NCBI GenBank assembly: GCA_040954595.2
Contig: CM082576.2
Location: 10,481,129 to 10,545,128 of the forward strand
Source of the DNA: Balanoglossus misakiensis
Lineage: Eukaryota; Animalia; Hemichordata
DNA length: 64,000 nt
Direction: 5' to 3'
The translations under genes and the position numbers were made by a program. Under the pieces are notes generated by a model. The model was not told the DNA's origin. It searched no databases and saw only the letters and a program-made list of their open reading frames with translations. Of the stretch, positions 39,001-52,700 are shown piece by piece (positions within the stretch are counted from its first letter, which is position 1; every line of letters begins with the position of its first letter).

Positions 39001-42000
39001 CTCAAATGATAAACTGCAAACCAAACATGAAATTTATTACGGAACTGACCATATTGTCCGGGTTGTCAGGCCCACACCCAACAGAAAAATTTCAAGGAGA
39101 TATTCATTGACTCGCAGTTTAAATTAAAGTGTCGCGCTGTGCTGATACCGTGTTGATAAGTTTATTTCCTAAAATAATTCCGGTCTCCAAGGTACTGGTA
39201 GTTGTATTTTCATGCAAATATGGATAGGTCACCCGTTGGTTGGATCTCCTGGTAGTTGCTCTATAAAAATCAAGTAGAACAAAAAACCCAAGAAACCAAT
39301 TTTTATTTTCATTTGTTACTTCTTTAAAAGCATAGCCTTGACCGAACAAAAAACAAATTAAATTGCTGTGTAAATAGTGGTGTCATGAAGTGGGCTGGTA
39401 TGTGTAGGCCCGTAACCCCTTTTTTATGTGGTTGCAATTTTTTGTGGGATGGATTTTCATCCATGTAAGATGCCTGTTAGCATTTAGGAGTTCACTACCC
39501 TTCTTTTCATGTTTAAATGCAGTGGAGGTCAGTGAACATTCTGGCTTACTTGGAACTTGTGCGCATTTCCAGGAAGGGTAATACGAATGCATAATTTAAG
39601 GACAGATTCCCAGTAAAGCTGGAATTTCTGGCTGGAATTTCTTGGGAAGGATATCGATATGTTTGTGGCTTGGCGGCACGCTTGAAAAGATGTTTGTCGT
39701 GGGATTACACAGGGATAGACGTATTTTTATCTTATTTCCCCATGGCAAACATTTGCCGCTGGAAATGAAATTAGACGGCGATTGTGAAAATGTGGGTAGC
39801 AGATCCCGTGTGTACATACATATTGAGTGTGGCTTTAACGTTTTTTTCCCATCCTGCTGAATTATTTCTGGTCATAATAGCTGAAGTAATAAGTGTGATG
39901 TATTGGACAGGAAGATGCCTCCCGGTTTATTTTGGATACAACACCGGGAGGAGATGGATCTTTGAATGGATAAGTGAAATATGTCTGGATGTCCAGTTGG
40001 TTTTAATACAAACATATCAGAAATTTATGAATTGCCTTTTAAAATTTATTGATCACCTGGAAGTATTTAATAGTAAATTCTGTTTTGATCATATCATGTG
40101 CGGATTTGCAGCCATCCAAGCAAGTGAAGATGACATGTCTTTCATCAGTGAATACAAGTACTGTGTTATCTGGAGATTTGAGGTTCGTTTTATTTTAGGG
40201 AAAGACCTTAGAATTCAGTAGAGGAAGCTATTGGATCTCACTGAATACATTTCAGTGTAACCATTTCCTTCACAGGAATTTCACACAGAGCTGGTGAATT
40301 TGATAAGTTTTACTACAGATATGGTCTGTGTGTCGTCAGTAGAGACAGAATATATCTCACTTTTGTTTTGCATTATTCAAAATTTGACGTGAACCCCCCC
40401 CCCCCCCAAGCTGGTAGTTCTGTATTTGTCAACTTCTGTTTCCATGCAATATATGACAGAACAATCAGAGCCTCATTCCACCTGTTGAATCAACGACAGC
40501 CGTAATACTGCCATCACTGACAGTTTTTATGTGGTAGTTGCATTTGCCCAATTCCCGCCATCGAATGTACCGTACGACGCCATAATTTTTGCCCCGACAT
40601 AAGCACAGCATCATGCTCTACATCATAGTTGTTCGTCATTCATCTTGAATCTTTGACTCCCGGCACATGGGTAAAGAAGAAAATGCTTACTAGTAAATCT
40701 TTTAAGCAATAAAAACAGAGAACTGGGCTCATTATTGACAAATATATAAACTAGTAAGCAGCCATATTCTGCGGTACTTTCAAAACATAGTTTATAAATA
40801 TGCCACCGTGGTGCCGATTTCCAGCTTGAAAATTTCATGATGGGTTAATGGTGTTTTTTTAAGGCAGCTGTTAACAGTGATTATTAAATGTACAGGCAGA
40901 AGTCGGCAGTTTCCATGTCCATCTATGCACGCAGTTTGACAGGTAGAAATTATCAAAGGCTAAATCCTCATCAGCAAGCCAGGATCATATTTCAGCAGAT
41001 TCCACGCAGCTGTGCGTGAAAAAAAAATTGTGTTTTTGTGAAAGCCACAAAACACTGACCCAAAATGTAGCAAAATGACCAAGCCGATTTTTTTTACATC
41101 TCTCTCAATCCCCCCCCCCCCACCTACAAGTAAATCCCCCCATCTTCAGACTTTTTTGATGATGTTCATTCATGCGTACGGCTGAAGAGATACAGAGTCT
41201 CTCAATGCGACTGAAAAGAAAATTATGATAAAGACCACAGATTTATCGGCAGACAGAAAGCGGATTGGAGTGCATCTCTTTTTTTCTCTCTCCAAGCAGA
41301 CAAGAGAAAATGCGACTGGGATTGTTTGGATGTGAAATATCGGGGGATGGAGTCCTAATCTTTAATCTTCCAGTGAATATTGTCCTGTGTGTTGGTATCC
41401 AGTACGCATTCAGTACGTAACATATGTCTGTGGTGACAAAGGCCGCATCATTCCGATGATGGCACTGCAGTACAGCGCTGTCGAAATCATTAATCTGCAA
41501 ATTCCTCCATGTTACTGTTGCTTTGTCTGATAATATGGGTCTTTTAATGTTTGAGCTGAAGATTTCTGGCTGATCTGTGGTGAGAGCGTCGATTCACGAT
41601 AAAACCAAGCATCGTGTGTGTGTGCTTGCGTGTGTCTGAAGGAACAGATGTTGACAAAGTCTGTTCAAGTGCCCAAAGCTTTCCATTTTGTTGTTGAAAA
41701 TCGTTCCATGACTTTTACACAGGAGTGCGTTATAGAGCAAAAGAGGTTTTGTATTCTCAATGTTGTCTGTCCAAACAAAAACGGTCCAGAGTCAATATAG
41801 ATCAGATTTGTTTTCTAATTGCGTATATTATGTTAGATTCTTTGTGTTTCATTCATTCTGTGTTAAAGAATCGTTGGTCGTTGCTGTTGTTGTCTGCTTT
41901 CCCCTCCCCCATTCTCGTTTGGAGAGTCCTCCCTGATTTCCAGACGTGATCTAGAAATACAGAGCGTAACAAAAAATATGCCTGGACTGGATGGTGTTCA

Positions 42001-43718
42001 CTTCGTTGTCGGCCCTAGGCCACTTTGTGATCAGGGATGTCGTTTTTTGCGTCTCTGATGGTGGTTCCGACAAAATTGGCACCCATGCCTTAAAGGAAGT
42101 TAGCTGGCTTCCTTGTCTTTTTGCGCTCTTATCCCAGGGCCCGTTCATTTTTTCCCCTTGTGGTATTTTTTCTAGGAAGACATGATCGGTCGGGTTTCTA
42201 TGAACTCCTGTGATTGGACGTTAGAGTATAACAATAGAGCTTGATGGTAGCTTCTACCAGCAATGTATTCTTACGGGAAAAATGGAGAAAAAAAATTCAT
42301 AAGTATCAAAATTACCATCAACCCAGGCTGTTCAAAAAACTAGCCGCCAACTTGTCAGGATGTACATTGATACAAACTGTCTCAGAACTTTATGGGATAT
42401 ATTGTGCCTCAGTTGTCAAAAACATGTGGCGTTTGATTTCCATGGGCGCTATCATAAAATGTTAATGATCATGATTGATTAAAAAAGATTGACAAAAATA
42501 CATACTTCACAATTCACTCATGGAAAAATTACATTTTTTTTATCGCAAAAACTTCTTGAATATTACTGTAAGACTCGAAAGTCTGGGAAGTCTGAATGAA
42601 TGAAAAATATGAAAACCCTGCCTTCATTCTCCAACACCTGTACGTGCAACATGTAAAGATAGCATCGTTTGTGGCACATACCAGAGATAAATCATCATTG
42701 TGACTCGTGTACATGCATGCAGGTCACGAGCTGTGGCACTGATGAATTTAGCATGGACTGGGCTCTGGTGAGTGCTGAGGATTTTTCTCGGGTTTCACAC
42801 ACACACACACACAAAAAAAACTGTGCAGTTTGCGGGTCTCATTTTTGGAAAATGGCCTCGCCCACATCTCCATATGTGATAAACTTTGTCGTTAAAAGTT
42901 GCACCCAGCCCGTGGCAGTTCATCTTGATGGTATAAAAATAAAATAAAATACGAAATAGACATTAAAGAAAGTCTTAAATTGGAGATTTTGTGGTAAATT
43001 TAACAGGATCACGCGAGAAACACAGCAAACTGTGCTCATACATGGCATGAATGCAAAACCATATAAATCTTGTTGATACATAGGAATCTTATCCTTTTGA
43101 ACCTAGGCGAGTGTCTGGAACTGCCACAGTCTGCATGTACCAGCATGTAATTCCCAAAATAAAACGTTCATTTAAAAAAAAAAGTTGTCGGTACACACTG
43201 CATCGTGATGTGTTAAAATGCAACTCCAATTTGTGGCTTTTCTACCCCCATGATTGATGGGAGGGCCCGCACAAACAATGTGTCACAGCCGGGATGTTAT
43301 TTCAGCATCGTAGCTGCATTGTTCCAAAAGGTTATGCGGTGTGCTAAAAATGTCACTAATAGATTGACTTTTTGTCTCGCTCCTGTGCCACGGAGGATTG
43401 GGGCCGGATAATTGTGTTTTTTTTATAGCCTTGTCAGTAAATTTGAAAATGCTTTTCATATTAACCCCCTCTTCCCCCCATTCATCGTTGAGGGACTTTT
43501 CTTGAGGGCTGTGGGAGACCACAAGTTGACCGTGACTCTATGTGAGGGGAAAAATCAGGGAGTGATGTATGAGTGTACACTTGTATGTGAATGCATTTTT
43601 ATGTAATTTTTCCATAGTTACATTCAAGTATTGATAGACAAGGGACTGTGGTTGCCAGGCCAGGGACTCTGGTGGTAATATTTGATTCTAAAAATCAAGA
43701 CAGCCTGAAGTCAAGCTG

Positions 43719-43778
<60 letters not shown>

Positions 43779-46700
43779 TCTGAATTGATGAATACCGAAT
43801 GAGATTTAGACCAGTGGATGGATGTTTTTACTGTTTTTCGTAATGCTATTACCGTTACACTCATGCACATTGGTTGCCACGTTACATTGAGTGGGGGAGG
43901 GAGTGGGGTTTAGGTCAGGGTTTGCTTTTTAATATGTCACGCACAGTAAATAGTATGTCTCACTGGTAGCACTGCACACATAGTGAGGAATTTATTACGG
44001 AAATTGGCCATGTGGTCAGATGAAATCTTGGGTATCTTCAAACACTTAGAATAATGAGCACTCCATGTCATTGCTAGTAATCCTCTCAGGTTATAAGGAG
44101 GGAAAAAAGAAAACATGCGGCCAGTTGTTGAGTTGTGTTGCAAACTCTTGTGGTTAGACCTGGCGACATGTGGAGTACATAAAACTCCACCCGTCATGTC
44201 AACAAAACTTGCCGTCCACCCATACCCCTTGAACAGGCAGAAGTTGACTGTACATTGTCCACCCTTCCAGCAGCACAGACCTTGCACTCACTACAGCCAT
44301 CGCCAATTGTTCTGTGCCACAGTTCTACAAACAGCTCTGTACTTGCTGTTCTTCCAAAGAAAAGAAAAGAGTTCGTAGGAATTATCATTATAATTGCGTA
44401 TCTGCACAGCATATTGCAGTTCACTATGATCCCCGTTTCCACCATATTGCTCTGCAGGTTGAGGATCGATACCACACTTTATAAACAGCACATTGACAAG
44501 TACCATCATTGTGTTGATCACTGCTACTGTGAGAGATACACACGGGACAGGCACATTCAACTGGGTTTGCAGTTGTAATGCTGCTATAAACTAAAATAAG
44601 ATGGGAAGTGAAAAAATAAAAGAATGTCCTCCCTGTTACCTCTTATCAGTAAATAGATCAAAGGTCAAAGTTTGGGGCCCTCTGCTGTCAGCCGACAAAA
44701 TGCAAATGCATTCTGCAGCATGCAATCCATCACTCTCCATCAGTTTGCACCAAATTTATTATGTGACTATTTCTTGAACAGTCGCATTATATAATGTACA
44801 TCTGTGTGTGTTGTTTGGCTGGATGGGCCGCATAACGATTGTTTTGCGATGCGCTCCAATATAGCACCCTGCCTAGTAGCACCCTGTGTGAACGGGGGGA
44901 GTTCAGGGAGAGGTTACCACCTGTAACCCTAACGCCTACTGGTTGGAGGAAAATGTCCGGACGATGAATGTACCTGTCCGGATATCGAACGGGTCTCACG
45001 AAAAAAAGTACAATTCAACAGACTAGAACCCAGGCACTCCTTTCACATCATGTTTTTTTTTTTGTACCGCAGTCAGGAGTAACCATAAAATGTAATATGT
45101 TTAGTCACACAATACAAACACCACTAAAATATAATATACACACATATAGCAATAAATGAAATAAAGCCCAGCTCATTGAACGCTCTCTCTCTCTCTTACT
45201 CTCTCTCTGTGAGTTGGACTGAGTGGAATAACGAGAGAGGATTATGGTCTGTGTCCTCTTTAGATGAACCATGTGTTTGTCATCTTTCTTTTCTTTTCTC
45301 GCACAGATCGCTTTCACTGCTCTGTGCCATTCACTGAAGTCAAAAGTAATTGATGAGCCTTGTCCGGATTAAAAAAGCAAATGATATGTTGTACATGACG
45401 TGAAGTGACTTCCCTAAAAAGTGAATACAGCTATTCAGTTTATTCTATTTTTTTTTTATTCTCTCGCTTTGTGACAGCTGTCTGCGAGTGAATTAAGGCA
45501 TCACATTTCTGCCGCTCTTTGTTGTACCAGCACGACCGGTGACGGTGCTTCAAAAGAAATCAACACCAGATGAAAGAGCGCTGCTGGTCCTAGTTTACTT
45601 GTTAGAACGGGAAAAAAAATTCAAAATCAAAAAGTTGGGTTTTAATGCGTTAATGGGTTGATAGGAGCTTATAGCATGTTTGGTGTTGGGCTTTTGACTT
45701 TGTCCTGGAAGGACCTTTTTTGCCGGGTCATCTCAGGTTTACTCTTCTTGTTTTCTTTGTTTGTCGTGACAAGAGAAAGATGATTTCGTTATGTTGGGGT
45801 AGGTGTATGCTGGTGTATATTACTTCCATCTCTACCTGAAAGTCAAATTCCATAGTATGTCCAATATTGCTATTATCAGTGACTTCAATAAATGTTTAAT
45901 GCTGATACTGTCATCTAATTGTAATAGGGGCTGTGGATAATTCAAACCGCAAATTCTAACAAACGATTTGGTGAAGAAATTCTTCTTGTGTGTTCTTTTG
46001 TGGGGAGGGGGGATGAACTCTGACCTAGACCATGTAGGAGAATGTTTAAGGCCATGCTTGCCAGGCAGGAAGGCACAAAAACTCAAAAATACTCCCTAAG
46101 AATGTGTTAGATAAAGTCTTCCCTGAAATTGGCCACATGTTTTGTTACCTCACCCAGAAAACAATAACACCATCAGAATTTTTGTTTTTTTCCCCAAAAA
46201 TCTTCCTGGATGCCTCCCCCTTGAATATCAAATGAACCAACCCTAATGGATACTGAAAGTCCCCATGCTATAAATTTTTTCGCTATTTCCACAACGGACC
46301 CATTTCCCCTCAGGCTGTTCAAACTACAGTGTGAGAGTGTAGACATTGTAATGGTATGATCTTGCCAGTGATCGTGTTGTCAATTTTCCTCTAAAAAAGC
46401 ATTGCCTCACAACTTTCAACACTTTATAGCCCTTGTTAAGTTGTTCCCATCTCAATTTATTTCAGACTTCATTAAATTGTAAGTGGAAATTTCAAATTAG
46501 TGAGAATTTTCATCGTTTAAAGAGCATACACTTATCATGTGGTTAATAGAAAGAGTAGTACAGATACAAGTAAATATTTCCTTTCGTGCGTGCGTGTGTT
46601 TGGATGGCTAATTTAAAGAATTGTATTGTGAAGTACTAGCGGTGACCGCTGTGTGTGTTCAAGTCTTCAAAACCCACTCCCATATTACTTAGGAGACTCC

Positions 46701-49700
46701 AGTCTGTCAGTTCAGACTTTGTTTAACTTTCAGCACATCAGCGGAAACAAAGGAAATGATATAACACGGATGTCATCAATCAAATCTTTCGATGGAGGGA
46801 TAAAAGAAAATTAAAATGTCCAGATGAAGGGGTGGGGGGGAGGGGGAATACAAATAAAATACCACACTGCTGGATTGTTCGCATCGACGGGAAACAATGA
46901 CGTGAGATCAGTTGTTTCTGCGGCAGGATATAATAGAGGGGGGCCGGACTGCTCCGCCGCATCGACTACCAGCACACAACGGCCATTCACGGCAGCAATA
47001 TTTGAACAGCATATTGACTAAATTGCTATTATTACAATGAAATGCCCAGTTCTTAAAAGCTTTGCCAACAATAGGAGCCGCAGAGTGAGCCCTAATTTTC
47101 ATGTTTCCAATATGTGCACGGCTGACCTCAGGGGTTGAGCACTGCCCCTGGCCCCTTGATTAGACAGGAGCGAGAGCCAGATTTCATTGATCTCCGAGGG
47201 TTTTTTTCTGAGCGGCGTGCGCGCAGCACCGCACATTATCTCGCTGATGATCTGCCGTATTAGCTCCCTGCACGTACTTATCTGCGTGTGTATGCGTGTG
47301 TATTAAGCCATTAAAACATGGAAGAAAAAAAAAAACCCGGAATGATAAGCCGCGTCCCACTATTTTTATCGGGAGTCGTGTCGATCGGCACAAGAGTCAG
47401 CGCAAAAGATAATTTATCACCTAGTTGCGCTTTATAGGCTTTTAATATGCCATTACTGGGGACTGCGTTTGAACACCCAATATCGTTTTACCTCGGAAAA
47501 TTATTTTTAGTTTAATTCTTAATTGTTTTGATGGTCCCATCTGCACAATGAATGAATTATTTAATCGATGTATAAGAAAGATAGAGCAGTGGCTGGCTGC
47601 TATTAAAGTACACACGCTGGCCCTCGGGCTACGTCGCATTGTGTTTTCACCGATAAGCATTTTTCAGAGCACATGTCGAGTGATCAACAAAGCTTACATC
47701 CGTTTATAGACATGGCAGTCTGTAGCTGTTGTGAAATTGACGTGCCTTAGCCGTTTTTTATGAACGCTGAGTCGATCGGAATACTTTCGTATTTGAGAAG
47801 TGTCTTCATGATTTAGATTTCATAACTCTTCGAAACAAAGGGGTAGAAAGATCGTTGGAATGACTCCATTGATCAATTAGATGCGGATGTAATTTAATAT
47901 GGCAGTCACAATTCGTATATTAAATGTCAAAATAGGGTCTTCTCAAACCATTGTTATGTGATCTCAGTGAAAAATTGGGGGGGGGGGGGAAGTTGGAAAA
48001 TTGTTATTCTGCAGGTGAAGCAGGGAAGTAGGATATTATACTACAAACATGGATCAACGATTTTGACGATTAAAAAAAATTGACTGGAACAGGTCACCAT
48101 TGCAGGTAGACAGCGTGTGCAGTTACATGCATGAGATAATGAAAGTTTGAAAACAGATTTTATATATTCAGAAGATTCTGGACAAATTCCAATATGCATT
48201 TATTTTCAATGTTTCGGGGCACATTCACTAGGTTTTAAAATTCATGGATTTTGTCGTAAATCACTGAGTTCTATTGTAATGTTAGATTTTCACTGGGATT
48301 TAATTTAGCAGATTTTATCAGTCAGTGAAATGAAAACCAAGTTAAATATTAATGCTTCAATACTGAAAAAATTATCAAATATTATGTCTTCTGACTCCTT
48401 TATAAATTGCCATTGCTGCCCAAATGACCATGTCACCTGTTGCCGCTCTCAAACTCTGCTGTCACGAAAAAAAAAAACACGACTCAAACTTGGTTTTAAA
48501 AAAATCGTTCTGATTGATCCAAAAAGACCCAAGAAGAAAAAAAAAATCCGCTATCATATCAGAACTCATTAGGCGAAGTGGATGGGCAGTACGTGGCAAC
48601 AATATGGTTAAAAGGGATTTGGGATAGAAATGGTTTCCTTATTAAACTCTGTCATGTCAGCTAAAGTTTGTCCTGGAGGTGTTCTGTAATGGAAACTTGA
48701 GACATGCCAAAAGACGAGCAGCATCGTTTTTTTGTTTGTTCCGACTCTCCCTCCTCCGTTCCGTCTTTTTTTCTTCGTGGATGCAGCCTCGGGCGGGATA
48801 ATCTGGTATGAGCGACACATGTTACTTCTAATCTCAGTAAGCCCCCCATGTCACTAGCCGTTTGCAGGCAGACACTCCGAGAATGCTTGGACACACTAGA
48901 TCGCCCCAGAAAAAAAGTATTTTCTTACAGAGATTGGGGTGTGGATACAGGTATGTGGAGCATTAGCCGAGATTACAAGGTGTTAGAAAATATCCATCAG
49001 TTTCCATTACACATTAGTTCTGTCTTGTCACTGGAAAAAAATGTTTTCTGTGACATTTTTGTCGGATTAAATTGGTGTAATCCACCCTTGGTTCTGTAAG
49101 AATGTATTAGAGAATCTTCAGTTAAAAGTATATTCTAACGAAAGAAGCTTTCTGAATGTATGCTTTGCAGGTCCAAATTGAAGACTCTTCAATGGTAGAC
49201 TTATTTATAGCTCCCATTTGGTGTATGTATATATACATGGGGAGCTTATGGGACCAGTTGGTGCCTTCTGTCTGTATGTCTATCTGCCTGTTTGTATGTA
49301 TGTATATGTGTATTGAGGTTTGTGTGTGTGTATACGTGCATGCATGTACGTGGTATGTCCCAAGCTTATGTTGAAAATGGTAATAATTAATGTATTTTGG
49401 GGGTAATGTTTGTTAATTTTTAAAAAGAGCCATTCGGGAATTTTGTTTACAGGTTCCACAGGATGTCATTTTAATACGCCAACCATATTGTATTTGGGGA
49501 GATATTTTAATCATTTTTATATGTCAAAAGTCTCATTTTCAGAAAGCCTGTCTGATTGATTGATTACCATGTGTCCAACTATAACTAGTATATTCATTTA
49601 TTTCAGACTTCATAACTGTAACTGATGTACATGTATGTCACATTTGAATTTCCGATCAAATGGGAGCACATTGTCCTTGACACTATTTTTGTGAAATCCC

Positions 49701-52700
49701 GATGACGAAAGAGAATGCATACCTTTGTATGATTTGATTCAGGTGGCATCTGCATCTCTTAAAAAATGCAAGTCCAATTCCACTCACTCCCATCCACATA
49801 AAAATTCAAAAAATAAACACAGACATCCATAAAATGTGATGCAAATCACAAATGCAAATGGATCTCTCTTATTGTTTGCATCTGTTATGTAAGGATTTAA
49901 ATGATGATCTGGTGAATGGGTGATGCAATTCCGCAACACTGGGCCCTAAAAGTGGCGGGCGAGAAAGCTGCGTGCACACAATGAAAACAGAATATAGTCT
50001 GATTATGATTATACTTATTTAATATGGGGGGCTTTAACAGAACAGCTGGGTTGCCAGAGACAGAGTCCTAGGCCCCAGTTATCGCGGCTGTCTTTGGCTT
50101 CTGTTTGTCAGTTTGGACAAAGGTCAACGACCAGAGTCAGAGGGCATGCGCTTGTGTGTTGTAGCGTAATTCCAGTGGTATGAAGTGGTTGTGTTTGTGA
50201 AAGGCGATAATTTTCATGTTCAGTCAAGTGGCCCCTGATCTTGTCTTGTCTTGACACATGTGTCAGAGGGAGTGAGATTGACAGCTTGTAGAGATCTCAC
50301 GGGTGAATCCAAGAGTGACTGATTATCTGGCGGTGTTCTGCATGGGCAGATTGAGACCGTTCCCCACTTCTTCTTCAAACAAAAAAAATCTGATTTCAGA
50401 CATATGCTATCGCAAAAGGTGGACCCACAGAAATTCCTGTGTGTTTATCCAAATTTCACACACGGCCAGCATATGGGATGTGTGGTGACTTCATTTGAAG
50501 TGCATATATTTGACTGTTTGAGCAAACACAACTAGCATGGCAATGTACATGTATGACTATGGCAATGTGGTGCAGTAGAAAATGTCCTCATTTCCATCAA
50601 ATTTTGTGATCCCCCATCCCACATCAAACAGTGACAGTGCCATTGTTTTCTTGGCCGGGCAGTGCAGATGACACACTATAGCCTCAGACAATGGCACCCA
50701 CTTTGATGAGTGTTCAGTCGCAGTTGTCTCATTTCTGTGCGTGTGGGATGGCCACCTTTTGTGGTGTAATGTTGCGCCATTGCAGAGCATTGTGTCAGTG
50801 ATTGTCTGCTTGTCATCTGTGACATGTGTTTGGACCCCTATTACCCGTTCCCCTCGTCCGGTGCGCCAGTTGGGAGTGATGGTTGCATCAGTCGAGGATT
50901 CCCAACAAAGAAAATTACATAAGTAGGGATTCTGAGACCAATCTGTGGAGTTATTGTTTTATGTGATCAAAACACAGTCACTCAAAATTCATCAGGAGTT
51001 TCACACTCACCATCATCACAAACAGATCTACCTGCTTAGGTTACCCACAGACTTTTTTCTATGAAGCACTATAGTTTGATATGCTTATATTTTTTACACA
51101 TTTTACAAAGTTTTTCTGCATGCCTGCATGAATCATCAGAAAATGAGAAGTTGAAATTTCATATTTCACATATCTGTCCAAGTGTTTCCGGTACAACACT
51201 CGATTCTCAGCATGCAGGAATATTCACAGCTTTTCCAGATCCTGTCTCACATGCTTCCGTTTGTTTTAACCACTGTTCTAAGACTTCCATTTCCTCCCCA
51301 CCCTCTCATCCATGCCGACATTTTGCGATGCCATTGACATTCTCGATTCACTCTTGAAGACATTCCAAATGCTTCCGAACCAAAGACAAGATATTTTTTT
51401 ATTGAAAACTGGAAAGTGTGATCAAATAAGCATGAGAAAGGAGAGATAGAAAGGGAAGCGGTTGTCATGGAGACCTTGAAAGCCTCAGAATCGTCTCTGC
51501 CTTGTACTCTCTGAATAGCAGCTTGGCACCGATAATCACGGAAAACAGTCACCCCCCATAAGACTTATTTAGCTCTCTGTTCAATCGCAAACATCCCTCG
51601 TAGGCAAGTGAGTGAAAGCAGTGGATAGCCAGTCATTCATTGCAAGCGTGTACAGGCGATTGAAATTTGCTTCTCTGTAATAACTCTGGGCTACTCGACA
51701 TGCACGCATCTGAAAGGGCCCAGTGGCTTTGAGAGAGGACCGATGTAAATGCGAGATCATCAGGAAGTGGTTATCTTACTCGGAGGTGTTTGAAGGCGGG
51801 ATGTTTCAGATCTTGTTGCCTTGTCACTGCAGAAGAGTATTCGCACATTTCTTTGTTGGAAGATCATCTCAATCAGACGATGAATGGAAAGTGCAGTGAT
51901 TGTAAAATTCAAACTGTGAGAATTTCTTCGCACTTCTTGATGAACTTTAATGCTGGAAAGGGGGAAAAAATTGAATGGCAAGTGAATAACCGAATAACCG
52001 TACCTACTGTCAGGACTGATAAGCGCGATTGAATTCTTTGTGTCTGGTCTAGTCGACTGGCAAGAAGTGTCGTTTTTCGTCCAGATCCTTGCATTGGTAA
52101 CCATGGCGATCAACCCCAATTTTTTATTCCCCACGCAATTCAGACTTGTCGAAATCGCCTGTAATTTACACATCATCCACTAGAAAACAAGGCGCGAAAC
52201 CGTTGACTCTCATCGATATGTGACTGATTACTGTGTTTTTGTGTGTGTACTTCAACTGTTTTTTAAATGTCACAAAGGACCTTCTCCCGCCTCCTGTCAA
52301 CTCCGCCCGTTTGCCCCCCCCCCCAGGTACACTTGACTTTGCAAAGAAGTGTGATGATGTTGTTGTCGCAAGCGTCACGTCAGCGCAAAGCCCTTCATTC
52401 ATCAGAGCCATCAAACTTGAATGCCACACTCACGCACAGGAAGCAAGGCTTGTACAGGTGCAGTGATGGAGCTCCAAAGGCTCAGTATTTGAGAATTTTC
52501 ATATACTCCAGTATACTGAGTTCATGTAATTGCAGCCAATTGCTGTCGACCCACATGCCACGCAATCCTGCGCTCTTGCTTGCAATTTGTGAGAAATCCT
52601 GGGAAATGATGAATATTTGTAAATATGTGATTGGCGATTTACGAATATGTTTTGTCGTTAAGGAACCTCATTTTCCAGTTAGCATGTGGGGGCATTCCAA

